Shown here: piece by piece, positions 52,662 through 61,819 of the stretch
How the letters are laid out: each line of letters opens with the position of its first letter
Numbering within the stretch: the stretch's first letter is position 1
Source: an uncultured Acidobacteriota bacterium
GTDB taxonomy: Bacteria > Acidobacteriota > Thermoanaerobaculia > UBA5066 > Gp7-AA6
Assembly: GCA_963739435.1 (NCBI GenBank)
Contig: CAVUAN010000019.1
Location: forward strand, 111,213-175,212
Direction: 5' to 3'
Length of the DNA stretch: 64,000 nt
Notes under the pieces: generated by a model
The model's database searches: none
What the model was told of the DNA's origin: nothing
Seen by the model: only the letters and a program-made list of their open reading frames with translations
Translations under genes and position numbers: made by a program

Positions 52662-54842
52662 GTGAGCCGAGCGATCAGACGTCTTCTCCTGGCTTGCTTC
52701 CTCGTCTCGGGTTTCACTTCTCTCCTCTACCAGACGGTGTGGATGCGCCTGGCGCAGGCGCAGTTCGGCGTCAACACCTCCGTCGTGGCGACTGTTCTGT
52801 CCGTCTTCATGCTCGGGTTGGCCGCCGGGAGCTTCCGGGCCGGGCGGGTTCTCTCGCATCTCGAGACGCGGTTCAGGATCGGCCCGCTGCGGGCCTACGG
52901 CATGGCGGAGTTGACGATCGGAATCGGCGGACTCGTGGTTCCCTCTCTGCTCGCCGGCGGCCGCAGCCTGCTCCTGGCGCTGGGGCCAGCGTCCAGCGCC
53001 CGGTACACGCTGGCGAGCGCCGTCCTCCTTGGAGCAATTCTCTTTCCCTTCTGTGCCGCGATGGGTTTGACGTTTCCCAGTGCGGTTTCATTCCTGGCTC
53101 GCGCGGGAGCGTCGGGAGAAGGCCGCGATCCGTTCAGCGCGCTCTATCTCGCCAACGTCACCGGTGCGTTTGCTGGCGCGCTCGTCACCCCGCTGGTGCT
53201 GATCGAGCTCTTCGGATTTCGAGCGACCTCTCTCGGAGCGGCCGCGGGGAATGCACTGATCGCCACGGTTGCCCTCACCGCCTTTCGAGGTGTCGCGCTC
53301 GCGTCAGCCGATGTGCCATCCGCGTTCCCCGTCAAGCGAGCCGTCCCTCCTGATTCAGAATCCCGCGCAAGACGTCTCGCCCTCTTCGTCACCGGGTTTT
53401 CGACGATGGGGCTCGAAGTCGTCTGGACGAGGATGTACCCGGCCATCATCGGGACTTTCGTGTACTCGTTTGCAGCGATTGTCGCGAGCTATCTCTTCGC
53501 GACGACCGCGGGCTCGGCCCTCTATCGGCGTCTCCGCCACCGGCCGTTCGCCGGCCATCTCGGGACGGTCTGGCCATGGCTTGCGGCCGCCTCTCTCCTC
53601 CCGTTCTCCGTGGCGTCGGTCACCTTCCGCGTCGGCCATCCGTTTCTCCGGGTCGCCGTCGGGCTTCTCCCTTTCTGCGGACTTCTCGGGTTCCTGACTC
53701 CAGCTCTGATTGATCGTGAGGCCGGGGACGATGCCGCGGCCGTCGGCCGCGCGTACGGGATCAACCTTCTCGGATGCCTTCTCGGGCCACTGGTCGCCGG
53801 GTTCTTCCTTCTCCCGGGATTCGGGGCACGCGGGTCCACGCTGGCGCTCGTGATTCCGCTCTTTGCGATGCTCCTCGCCGCCCCCCTGCGAAGAGGCTCC
53901 CGGTGGGCTCCACCGCTGGCGTCGGTCGCTGTGGCCGGCGTGCTGTGGTTCTCCACGACGCTCTTTGAGGAGCAGTTCCCCAAAGTCCAGGTGCGCCACG
54001 ATCACGTCGCAACCGTCGTCGCTGAGGGCGAGGGGCAAAAGAAGCAGCTCTTCGTCAACGGCGTCGCAATGACTTATCTGACGACGATCACCAAGATGAT
54101 GGCGCACTTTCCCGCAGCTCATCTCGCTCCGGCCCCGGGTTCGAGGCTTGACACGCTGGTCATTTGTTTCGGCATGGGTACCACCTTCCGATCGCTTGCC
54201 TCCTGGGATGCAAATGTCACCGCGGCCGAGCTCGTCCCGTCCGTTGACGCAATGTTCGGCTATTACTTCCCTGACGGCCCCGCACTCTTGCGCGAGACCC
54301 GGCGAAAGCTGCGCGTCGTGCACGACGACGGCCGGCGCTTCCTCGATCGCACGCCCAACCGCTTCGACATCATCTCGATCGATCCGCCGCCACCCGTGGA
54401 GGCTGCCGGAAGCAGTCTCCTGTACTCGAAGGGGTTCTACCGAAGCGCGCGACGGGCTTTGAGAGCGGGCGGAATCCTTCAGACGTGGCTCCCGGGCGGG
54501 GACTACGAGACAGTGGCTGGCGTCCTCCTCGCAGCCCTGGAATCGTTCCCGTACGTTCGGGTCTTCCAGTCGATCGAAGGATACGGGTTTCACGTTCTCG
54601 CTTCGGACGTGCCAATTCCGACCCGAAGCGCCGCAGATCTTTTCGCCCGCATGCCCGGGCCTGCCGTTGCCGACATGATCGAATGGACCTCCGATCCACC
54701 CGTCCAACTCTTTGAGAAGATGCTCACTCACGAGCTTGCGCCCGACGCGCTTATCACCAAGCTCCGGCGGGATGGCTCGCGGCCGATCGTCGACGACCGC
54801 CCGGTGAACGAGTTTTTCTTCCTGCGCCGGTTTGTCCTCTAG
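52662..54842 (+). CDS. Fused polytopic membrane (MFS-like) domain plus spermidine-synthase-like (SpeE/PABS) methyltransferase-fold domain protein.
   Basis: 726-aa intact ORF with a GTG start. N-terminal half: about 12 TM helices (LLLACFLVSGFTSLLYQTVWMRL...). C-terminal half: VICFGMGTTFRSL...ISIDPPPPVEAAGSSLLYSKGFY, a PABS-like D-x-P/Rossmann pattern. Confidence 0.65.
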   Translation: MSRAIRRLLLACFLVSGFTSLLYQTVWMRLAQAQFGVNTSVVATVLSVFMLGLAAGSFRAGRVLSHLETRFRIGPLRAYGMAELTIGIGGLVVPSLLAGGRSLLLALGPASSARYTLASAVLLGAILFPFCAAMGLTFPSAVSFLARAGASGEGRDPFSALYLANVTGAFAGALVTPLVLIELFGFRATSLGAAAGNALIATVALTAFRGVALASADVPSAFPVKRAVPPDSESRARRLALFVTGFSTMGLEVVWTRMYPAIIGTFVYSFAAIVASYLFATTAGSALYRRLRHRPFAGHLGTVWPWLAAASLLPFSVASVTFRVGHPFLRVAVGLLPFCGLLGFLTPALIDREAGDDAAAVGRAYGINLLGCLLGPLVAGFFLLPGFGARGSTLALVIPLFAMLLAAPLRRGSRWAPPLASVAVAGVLWFSTTLFEEQFPKVQVRHDHVATVVAEGEGQKKQLFVNGVAMTYLTTITKMMAHFPAAHLAPAPGSRLDTLVICFGMGTTFRSLASWDANVTAAELVPSVDAMFGYYFPDGPALLRETRRKLRVVHDDGRRFLDRTPNRFDIISIDPPPPVEAAGSSLLYSKGFYRSARRALRAGGILQTWLPGGDYETVAGVLLAALESFPYVRVFQSIEGYGFHVLASDVPIPTRSAADLFARMPGPAVADMIEWTSDPPVQLFEKMLTHELAPDALITKLRRDGSRPIVDDRPVNEFFFLRRFVL

Positions 54843-54849
54843 CCTGCTC

Positions 54850-55623
54850 TCACCGAAGGAGCGAGACCCGGCCCGAAAGATCGAGCGGCACCGGGATGTC
54901 TCCGCCCGGCAGGCGGACGACCAGACTGCCGCGCAGGCGTCCCTCGACTTCCCCACTCGAGCGCAGGGCCGAGCCGGCGGCCGCCAGGAGCTGGCTGTGA
55001 TCGAGATCGATCGGCAGGCTCAGCGTCGTTTCCTGTCCGGCCTTCAGGATCATCTCGTCCGTCGAGCCCGATCCGACTTCCCTGCCGTTGGCGAAGAGGG
55101 TGTAGCTCGTGCTCGCGAGCTTCAACGGGATTGAAAGTGGGTTCCGAACCGTCACCTCTGCCCTGGCGGCGCTTTCGAAGAGCGAAAACTGCGTCAGCGC
55201 GATCGAGCCGAGCTTGACGAAGCCAGACGCCGCCTCCTCGCGCTTCTCGATTGAGACCTCCCCCCAGCGCCTCGTGCCCGACCAATCGACGGCGCTTCCG
55301 CCCGCCACGCGGCCGCGGAGCCTGTAGTCGAAATCCGCGGCCCGAAACCGCTTGATCCAATCTTCCGGCACGTCCCGGTACCGGATCTTCAGGGTGAGCT
55401 CGAGGCGCTCCGCGGACGCTCGGGCGACACCCGTGATGGGAATCGCCGAAGGTGATCCGTAGAGCGACAGCGAACCGGAAAAGGCCCCCGCCGACGCTCC
55501 CGGCTCGGCACGGGACACGATCGCCGTGAAGGATTCCAACTCCGGAACGACGCGGAGATCTACGGCAGGCGTCGCGGCGGCTGGCTGTGCCGACAGGATC
55601 AGAAGAAAGAGGAGGCTCACCAT
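54850..55623 (-). CDS. Secreted LEA_2 / WHy-like tandem-domain protein (hypothetical).
   Basis: 257 aa. Signal MVSLLFLLILSAQPAAATPA. Two similar halves ending ...EVTVRNP / ...GSLVVRLPGGDIPVPLDL. The family assignment is tentative. Confidence 0.4.
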   Translation of the reverse strand: MVSLLFLLILSAQPAAATPAVDLRVVPELESFTAIVSRAEPGASAGAFSGSLSLYGSPSAIPITGVARASAERLELTLKIRYRDVPEDWIKRFRAADFDYRLRGRVAGGSAVDWSGTRRWGEVSIEKREEAASGFVKLGSIALTQFSLFESAARAEVTVRNPLSIPLKLASTSYTLFANGREVGSGSTDEMILKAGQETTLSLPIDLDHSQLLAAAGSALRSSGEVEGRLRGSLVVRLPGGDIPVPLDLSGRVSLLR

Positions 55624-55705
55624 GTTCGCCGCACCACCTTGGATTCTAAAACGAAAGGGCGCGCCGCTGCCGGCGCGCCCTCAGGCGTTCGTCGAGACGG
55701 CCGGG

Positions 55706-56191
55706 CTACTTCTTCGGCTCCTCGACCGGCATGAGGTCGAACTTCCCGGACGATTCAACAAAACTGACGCACTCCGAGGCCTTGTCGCAGGCCGTCGTGT
55801 GACGATACGTCCCACCCGGCTGATACAGGTAAGAGCCGGGTCCCAGCCTGCTTTCGGGCTTTCCTTCCGGCGTATGAAGCCACGTGCCGGACACGACGAT
55901 GACGCGCATGCCGGACGTGTGCGTGTGCAGGGGAGTCGTCATGCCCGCCGGGAACTTGATCAACGCGCCGAACGCACCCTTGGTGTGGTCACCCCACAGG
56001 TCGACGATCTTGACTCCCGGAGGCCCTCCGCCAGTCATGTCGGTCCACTTCAGGCCGTCGGCCGGCCAGATGACGGCCTTTGGGGCCGCGGCCTTGGGAG
56101 CGCTCTTCTTCGCCGCCCCCGATGCTTGTGCCAGGACCGCGACAGCCGCCAGAAAAGACACTGCGAACACCAGGATTTTTCGTCCCCTCAT
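55706..56191 (-). CDS. Secreted cupin-domain protein (ChrR-like / DUF4437-like).
   Basis: 161 aa. Signal MRGRKILVFAVSFLAAVAVLAQA. HTHTSGMRVIVVSGTW...GSYLYQPGGTYRH cupin motifs. Confidence 0.55.
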   Translation of the reverse strand: MRGRKILVFAVSFLAAVAVLAQASGAAKKSAPKAAAPKAVIWPADGLKWTDMTGGGPPGVKIVDLWGDHTKGAFGALIKFPAGMTTPLHTHTSGMRVIVVSGTWLHTPEGKPESRLGPGSYLYQPGGTYRHTTACDKASECVSFVESSGKFDLMPVEEPKK

Positions 56192-56268
56192 TCCGATACC
56201 TCCTCAATTTTTGTTGCCAATGTTGCGCGAAGATTACACCGATCCGCGCATGCGGGCAACCCCGGCGC

Positions 56269-56688
56269 TCAGGGAGCCGGCGCCGTGAGGGGCTTTCCCT
56301 TCTCGGCCACGAACACGACGGACAGCTTCACGGTCGCGGTGCCCTTGTTGATTCCCTGGTGAATCACCCCCATGGGGATCGAGAAAACATCGCCCGCCTT
56401 GACGGTCTTCGTGGGCTGGCCTTCGACCTCGAGCTCCATCGTGCCGTCCTGAACGAACGCGTAGACCTCGGCCGCCGGATGGGTGTGCCTCCCTTCGGCG
56501 CCGCCGGCGGGTATTTCCACCACCGCCATGATCACTTCCCGGCCCGGAATCGTCGTGTCCTGCTTCAGGACGACAGTCCTCTTCACCGCCGGCGCCGCCT
56601 GCTGGGCCTTCATGCCCGATATCCCCGCCGCCCCGGCCACCGCTACGATGGCGGCGACTGCGGCCATCCTCCAGCTCACGACCTTCAT
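56269..56688 (-). CDS. Secreted cupin_2-domain protein.
   Basis: Start MKVVSWRMAAVAAIVAVAGAAG (ATG 56688), preceded by GAGGAGGA. GGAEGRHTHPAAEVYAFVQDG...GDVFSIPMGVIHQGIN cupin motifs. Confidence 0.6.
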   Translation of the reverse strand: MKVVSWRMAAVAAIVAVAGAAGISGMKAQQAAPAVKRTVVLKQDTTIPGREVIMAVVEIPAGGAEGRHTHPAAEVYAFVQDGTMELEVEGQPTKTVKAGDVFSIPMGVIHQGINKGTATVKLSVVFVAEKGKPLTAPAP

Positions 56689-56779
56689 GGTGTCCTCCTC
56701 TTTGCAGCGGATCATAGATCCTCTCCTCTGGCCCGGCCCCGATTGCCTGTGAAAGACTCCTTCCCAGGGGGGAGGACTC

Positions 56780-56986
56780 ATGAAGGCGGACCGCCAGCGG
56801 TCTCCGAACGTCCACAGCTTTGCGCGAGGGCTACTCCTCGCCGTTCTCGCCCTCGCTCTCGTCCGGCCGGTCCGGGGGCAAACCCCGGAGCGCGACACTG
56901 CGGCAAAACTCAAAGACTTCGACGCCTGGATGACAGCCGTCAAGCAGCGAGACCCTTCCGGAGAATTCACATTCCCGAAGAAGTAG
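56780..56986 (+). CDS. Small hypothetical secreted protein (68 aa).
   Basis: Strong RBS GGGGGGAGG 6 nt upstream. N-terminus MKADRQRSPNVHSFARGLLLAVLALALVRPVRGQ is signal-peptide-like. Ends 12 nt before the DUF885 gene. Confidence 0.35.
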   Translation: MKADRQRSPNVHSFARGLLLAVLALALVRPVRGQTPERDTAAKLKDFDAWMTAVKQRDPSGEFTFPKK

Positions 56987-56998
56987 AGAGGTTCGACG

Positions 56999-58633
56999 AT
57001 GCGCCTTTCCCGTTTCGGCGTTGCGGCAGTGTGCCTTCTTGCGCAGGCGGCCATGTCGGGCGGTGACGCTCGCGGCGCCTCGGGTTACGACAGCCTCGTC
57101 TCGCTCTTTTCCGAGTGGCGAGCCTTCCAGAAGCCGAAGCTCCAGGACGGCGTGCCGGACTACACGGCCAGCGCGATGGCCGCGCAGCGCGAAGAGCTCG
57201 GAGCCTTCCAGCGCCGCCTGGCCGCGATCGATCCGGCCGGCTGGCCGGTCAGCAAGCAGGTCGACTACTGCGTCGTCCGAGCCGAGATGAACGGCCTGGA
57301 GTTCGATCACCGCGTCCTGAAGCCCTGGGCCAACAACCCGGCCTTCTACGTCACGGTCTTCACGGAAGAGAGCGATCAGCCTGCCCGCGAGGGGCCGTTC
57401 GCTCGAGGCGCCGTCGAGCTCTGGACCTACACGTTCCCGGTCCCGGCGCAGAGAGCGGCGCAGATGGAGTCGGAAATCCGCCCGATCCCGAAGCTCCTCG
57501 CCCAGGCGAAATCAAACCTCGTGGGGCACGGACGCGATCTCTGGACTTACGGCACACAGAGCATCCGGCAGCAGAAAGCCGACCTGTCGGATCTTGCGAA
57601 GCGGCTCGGAGATTCTCCGGCCTCTCTCAAAGCAGCGGTTCAAAGCGCGATCGAGGCGACAGACGCCTTTGCGGCCTGGCTCGACTCCCAGGCGCCCGCA
57701 AAGACCGGCCCGTCGGGCATCGGGATCGAGAACTACAACTGGTACTTGAAGAACGTCCAGCTCGCGCCCTACACCTGGCAGGACGAGGTCACGATCATGG
57801 AGCGCGAGCTCGCGCGCTCCTATGCCCTCCTCGCCATGGAAGAGTTGCGAAACGCGAAGCTGCCGCCGCAGGTCCCGATTGCGTCGGCCGCCGAGTACGA
57901 CCGCCGCTTCGGCGCCGCCGTCACGGAGTACATGGCGTTCCTGCGCGACCACGACTTCCTGACCGTCCACAGCGACATGGACGCCGCTCTCCGCGCGCGG
58001 GTCGGCAGTTTCAGCCCGGGCCCTCGCGAGTTCTTCGGCGAGGTCGACTACCGCGACCCGGAGCTGATGCGCACTCACGGATACCACTGGTTCGACAAGG
58101 CGCGGATGGCCCGCGAGCCGCACCCGAGCCCGATCCGGAGGGAAACGCTCCTCTACAACATCTTCAACACGCGCACCGAGGGCCACGCGACGGGATGGGA
58201 AGAGCTGATGGTGCAGGCCGGCATGTTCGACGCGCGGCCGCGCACCCGCGAGCTTCTCTACATCCTGCTGGCCGAGCGGGCGGCGAGGGCCCTGGGCGAG
58301 CTCCGGATGCAGAGCAACGAGTACTCCCTCGAGCAGGCCTCGGCCTTCGCCTCGGCCAACACGCCGCGCGGATGGCTCCGGATGGATGGAAAACTCGTCC
58401 GCTTCGAGCAGCATCTCTATCTCCAGCAGCCCGGCTACGGCACCAGCTACATCATCGGCAAGATCGAGATCGAGAAGCTCCTGTGGGAGAGAAAGCAGCA
58501 GCTCGGCGAAAGTTTCACCATGAGGCGATTCATGGATGAGTTCGATGCCGCCGGCCTGATTCCCGCCTCGCTGATTCGCTGGGAGCTCACCGGCCGCCAA
58601 CCCGACGAGATCCGACGGATGCTGACGCCCTGA
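56999..58633 (+). CDS. DUF885-family secreted protein.
   Basis: 544-aa intact ORF. Signal MRLSRFGVAAVCLLAQAAMSG. Conserved DUF885-like segments (HEGHATGWEELMVQAGMF..., YIIGKIEIEKL). Confidence 0.55.
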   Translation: MRLSRFGVAAVCLLAQAAMSGGDARGASGYDSLVSLFSEWRAFQKPKLQDGVPDYTASAMAAQREELGAFQRRLAAIDPAGWPVSKQVDYCVVRAEMNGLEFDHRVLKPWANNPAFYVTVFTEESDQPAREGPFARGAVELWTYTFPVPAQRAAQMESEIRPIPKLLAQAKSNLVGHGRDLWTYGTQSIRQQKADLSDLAKRLGDSPASLKAAVQSAIEATDAFAAWLDSQAPAKTGPSGIGIENYNWYLKNVQLAPYTWQDEVTIMERELARSYALLAMEELRNAKLPPQVPIASAAEYDRRFGAAVTEYMAFLRDHDFLTVHSDMDAALRARVGSFSPGPREFFGEVDYRDPELMRTHGYHWFDKARMAREPHPSPIRRETLLYNIFNTRTEGHATGWEELMVQAGMFDARPRTRELLYILLAERAARALGELRMQSNEYSLEQASAFASANTPRGWLRMDGKLVRFEQHLYLQQPGYGTSYIIGKIEIEKLLWERKQQLGESFTMRRFMDEFDAAGLIPASLIRWELTGRQPDEIRRMLTP

Positions 58634-58734
58634 GTCCAGGAGGTCTCCACCGGGCCCTCCAGTGATGCGTTTGAATCGGTCACTTTTCAGAAGATCGCCA
58701 TAGGCTTCTGGCGGAGCCAGAGGAGGATCCCGCT

Positions 58735-59127
58735 ATGAAAGGTTTTGTGCAGGACATCGAGGGTCTCGCCGTCAAGAATCAAGACTTTCGCCGGGTGCTT
58801 TACACGGCGAAGAACTGTCAGCTCGTCCTCATGGCGCTGAAGCCCAAGGAAGAGATCGGGGCGGAGGTTCACAAGCTGGACCAGTTCTTTCGCGTGGAGG
58901 AGGGAAACGGCCAGGCGATTCTTGATGGCGTCACAACCGCAATCAAGGCCGGCTTTGCGGTCGTTGTCCCGGCCGGGGCGAATCACAACATCATCAATAC
59001 TGGAACTGTGCCGCTGAAGCTGTATACGCTCTACTCCCCGCCGAATCATCGTGACGGCGTCGTCCACCATACGCGCGGCGATGCCGAGGCCGACAACGAA
59101 CACTTCGACGGAAAGACGACCGAATAG
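58735..59127 (+). CDS. Cupin-domain protein (cytoplasmic).
   Basis: 130 aa. GAEVHKLDQFFRVEEGNGQAILDG...VVVPAGANHNIINTG cupin motifs. Confidence 0.55.
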   Translation: MKGFVQDIEGLAVKNQDFRRVLYTAKNCQLVLMALKPKEEIGAEVHKLDQFFRVEEGNGQAILDGVTTAIKAGFAVVVPAGANHNIINTGTVPLKLYTLYSPPNHRDGVVHHTRGDAEADNEHFDGKTTE

Positions 59128-59265
59128 TCGAGGATCAGGGAGAGGTTGGATGAACCCGGACGACGAACCGAAGAACGTTCGACGTTGCCGAAGGACGGCT
59201 CTCCGGGGCGATCGCCGGTCCTGCCACGATCAGGCAAGGAAAAGGGACCCGAACCCGATTCGACG

Positions 59266-59925
59266 ATGACCGTCGCGGAGGTTGCCAATCACCTCTCGCT
59301 GTCAGCCAGCAGCGTCTACGGGCTGACTCGCGAGCTCAAGGCCGTTCGGGTCGCCGGCCGATGGGCCTTCCGAACGGGCGATGTCGAGCAATGGCTTCTG
59401 AGGCATCGGGCGGCGGATGAGCCCCAGATCGAGCCCGTGGAGGAGCTGGGATCACAAGTTCGCCTTTTCTCCCACATGGACGAGAAGAACATCTTCCTCG
59501 ACGTTCCCGAGACGGAGGCCACCCGGCTGATCCGAAGGGCTATCGAGAGAGCTTCGCTCAGCCTGACCGAGGTCCCGGACGCGGCGGCAAGGGAGCGGCT
59601 CTGGACCTCCATCCTGGAACGCGAAGCGCTCTGCAGCACGGCGCTCCATCCCGACGTCGCCTTCCCGCATCCCCGCGATCCCGAGACGTGCCCGCTCGAG
59701 CGCGACCACATCGTGATCGTCCGTGCAGCGCAGCCTGTCGAGTTTCGGGAGATCCACGGGTACCGGCCCCGGATCGTCTTTCTGCTTCTGGCGCGAACCG
59801 TCTCCTTGCAGCTTCGCTGGGAAGCTCGGCTCAGCCACCTTCTTCACCAGTCGGGATTCGTCGAGAAACTCCTCGGCGCGCAATCCCCTCGGGAGATTCG
59901 CCAGGTCTTCGCCGCGCCGAATTGA
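59266..59925 (+). CDS. Excisionase/MerR-type HTH fused to a PTS EIIA(Ntr)-like (PtsN-type) domain.
   Basis: MTVAEVANHLSLSASSVYGLTRELKAVRVAGRWAFRTGDVEQWL (HTH_17-like). Then an EIIA_2-like domain (...ALHPDVAFPHPRDPET...IVFLLLAR) with His in the PHPR context. The upstream in-frame M at 59146 is also possible. Confidence 0.55.
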   Translation: MTVAEVANHLSLSASSVYGLTRELKAVRVAGRWAFRTGDVEQWLLRHRAADEPQIEPVEELGSQVRLFSHMDEKNIFLDVPETEATRLIRRAIERASLSLTEVPDAAARERLWTSILEREALCSTALHPDVAFPHPRDPETCPLERDHIVIVRAAQPVEFREIHGYRPRIVFLLLARTVSLQLRWEARLSHLLHQSGFVEKLLGAQSPREIRQVFAAPN

Positions 59926-59935
59926 CGCGTCCGGA

Positions 59936-60484
59936 TCACGAGCCGCCGGCAGCAGCCTGGACGGCGGGGAGCAAAGTCGCAAGACCGAACGCGCTCTCGT
60001 GTTGCAACGAGTTGATGAAAAAGGTCGGCACGGCAAAGACGCCGCTGCGAACGCCGCCTGCCCGTACGACGCGAACCTTGGCCAGGTGAACGTGCCCCTT
60101 CATGTCCCGCCCGAACTGACCGGCGTCCAGGCCAGCGGCTCGGGCGTGCTTTACCAGCCGACGCTGCTCCGAAGCGCCCTGGTGCTCGAACATCCGGTCG
60201 TGGATCTCCCAGAACTTTCCCTGGGCCCCCGCGGACTCCCCGGCCTCAGCGGCGCTCTGCGACTCCTGGTCGAGCGGATCTATTGAGAAGCTGCGAAAGA
60301 CGTAACGAAGCCGGGAGCCCATTTCGGTCTGTATCTTCTTGACGGCCCGATAAGACTTCGCGCAGTCCGGGCACGTGAAATCTCCATAACCGACGAGGGT
60401 AACCTTCGCCAGCGGCGACCCCCGGACGTGATCCTTCGAAGAGACCGGCGCCGCCAGTTTGCGCGCGCGACCCGTGTTTCCCAT
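59936..60484 (-). CDS. DsbA-like thioredoxin-fold thiol:disulfide oxidoreductase.
   Basis: Start MGNTGRARKLAAPVSSKDHVRGSPLAKVTLVGYGDFTCPDCAK (ATG 60484), preceded by GGAGGCAAGA. CPDC active site. FGVFAVPTFFING matches the cis-Pro loop region. Confidence 0.7.
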   Translation of the reverse strand: MGNTGRARKLAAPVSSKDHVRGSPLAKVTLVGYGDFTCPDCAKSYRAVKKIQTEMGSRLRYVFRSFSIDPLDQESQSAAEAGESAGAQGKFWEIHDRMFEHQGASEQRRLVKHARAAGLDAGQFGRDMKGHVHLAKVRVVRAGGVRSGVFAVPTFFINSLQHESAFGLATLLPAVQAAAGGS

Positions 60485-60540
60485 TCTTGCCTCCGAGAGC
60501 CTCAAGTCATAGAATTTCGACAAACGCTGCATCACAGAGC

Positions 60541-60610
60541 ATGCGGCACCCGGCCAGAGCCGGTCCAATCGTTTGTTTCGCTCGGGTTAAGACGTCGAAG
60601 CGATAACAGG
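60541..60610 (-). promoter_or_regulatory. Conserved leader element, copy 1, about 60-120 nt upstream of the DsbA-like gene.
   Basis: gcatgcggcacccggccagagccGGTCCAATCGTTTGTTtCGCTCGGGTTaAGACGTcGaAG is about 85% identical to 60925-60990. Confidence 0.45.
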
Positions 60611-60623
60611 GGCTCGAGATCCC

Positions 60624-60875
60624 CTAACGACGACCGCGAATGGAGTGGTAGAGAACGAGGACGACGATTGCTCCAGCGACAGAAACCAACACGCTGTAGA
60701 GGTTGAGCCCGGTAACACCCATGTGGCCGAACTCCTGAAAGAGCCAGCCTCCGACGACCGCGCCAACGATGCCGAGGACGATATCGAGCAGGATGCCCTC
60801 GCCCGTCTTGTTGACGATCTTGCTCGCCAGAAAACCCGAGATGAGCCCGAGGATGATCCAAGACAATACCGACAT
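60624..60875 (-). CDS. GlsB/YeaQ/YmgE-family small membrane protein (transglycosylase-associated).
   Basis: 83 aa: MSVLSWIILGLISGFLASKIVNKTGEGILLDIVLGIVGAVVGGWLF. RBS AAGGAGGAGG. Confidence 0.75.
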   Translation of the reverse strand: MSVLSWIILGLISGFLASKIVNKTGEGILLDIVLGIVGAVVGGWLFQEFGHMGVTGLNLYSVLVSVAGAIVVLVLYHSIRGRR

Positions 60876-60924
60876 GATGGCCTCCTCCTTCATGGAAGTC
60901 AGATTTTTCGTCTGGACAGGCAGC

Positions 60925-60995
60925 ATGTGCGGCCTGGCAGCTTGCGTCCAATCGTTTGTTCCGCTCGGGTTGAGACGTTGGAGGGATGACGCAGG
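60925..60995 (-). promoter_or_regulatory. Conserved leader element, copy 2, about 50-120 nt upstream of the YeaQ/GlsB-family gene.
   Basis: gcatgtgcggcctggcagcttgcGTCCAATCGTTTGTTcCGCTCGGGTTgAGACGTtGgAG. Confidence 0.45.
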
Positions 60996-61807
60996 GCGAG
61001 GCTCTACTCTGTACGCTGCCGTACAGACGAGCTCGCCCCCCCGTCGCACAATGTTGCAAAATGGCGGGCGATCAGACACCGGAAGTCGGAGGAGATGTGC
61101 CCAAACCGCGGGTCCAGCGAAGGGATGCGAATAGAATCTTGGCCTCCCTTCCTGCCTCCGAGCACCGCCGGGCGCTGACCAAGCTCGAGCCGACGTCTTT
61201 TCGGAGAGGGCTACCGCTTTACGAGCCAGACAAACCGATCTCCTACGTCTACTTTCCACGGACCGGCGTCGCCTCGATGGTGGCTCGAATGGTGGAAGGC
61301 GGCACCATCGAAGTGGCAACGATTGGAAACGAAGGGGTCGTTGGTCTCTCCGCGTACTTCGGAAATGGCCGCTCGCCAATGGAAGTGTTCGTCCAAATCC
61401 CCGGCGAGGCCCTGCGCATGGATGTCAACGCCTTCCTTCAGGTGATCCGGTCGAGCACGGCCTGGCGCGAGATCATCCGCCGATACTCGGAAGCCCTTCT
61501 GACCCAGGTCGGCCAATCTGCCGCCTGCAACCGAGCTCATTCGATCGGGCAGCGGTGTGCACGATGGCTGCTGATGTCACATGACCGAGTTCTGGGCGAC
61601 GCGATTGCGCTCACGCACGAGTACCTCGGCGAGATGCTCGGCGTTCGGCGCGCCAGCGTGACACAAGCAGCGGGCAAGCTGAGGCGTCGAAAGCTCATCG
61701 ACTATCACCGCGGAAAGATCCGGGTTCTCGACCGCAAAGGACTCGAAAAAGCGGCCTGCGAGTGTTACCGGTTCATTCGCGCTCACCACGACCAGCTCGT
61801 CGGGTAA
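60986..61807 (+). CDS. Crp/Fnr-family transcriptional regulator.
   Basis: cNMP-binding beta-roll (YVYFPRTGVASMVARMVEGGTIEVATIGNEG). C-terminal HTH (HEYLGEMLGVRRASVTQAAGKLRRRKLI). The start may be the internal MAGDQTP at 61061. Confidence 0.7.
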   Translation: MTQGEALLCTLPYRRARPPVAQCCKMAGDQTPEVGGDVPKPRVQRRDANRILASLPASEHRRALTKLEPTSFRRGLPLYEPDKPISYVYFPRTGVASMVARMVEGGTIEVATIGNEGVVGLSAYFGNGRSPMEVFVQIPGEALRMDVNAFLQVIRSSTAWREIIRRYSEALLTQVGQSAACNRAHSIGQRCARWLLMSHDRVLGDAIALTHEYLGEMLGVRRASVTQAAGKLRRRKLIDYHRGKIRVLDRKGLEKAACECYRFIRAHHDQLVG

Positions 61808-61819
61808 GGACGCCTCAAC

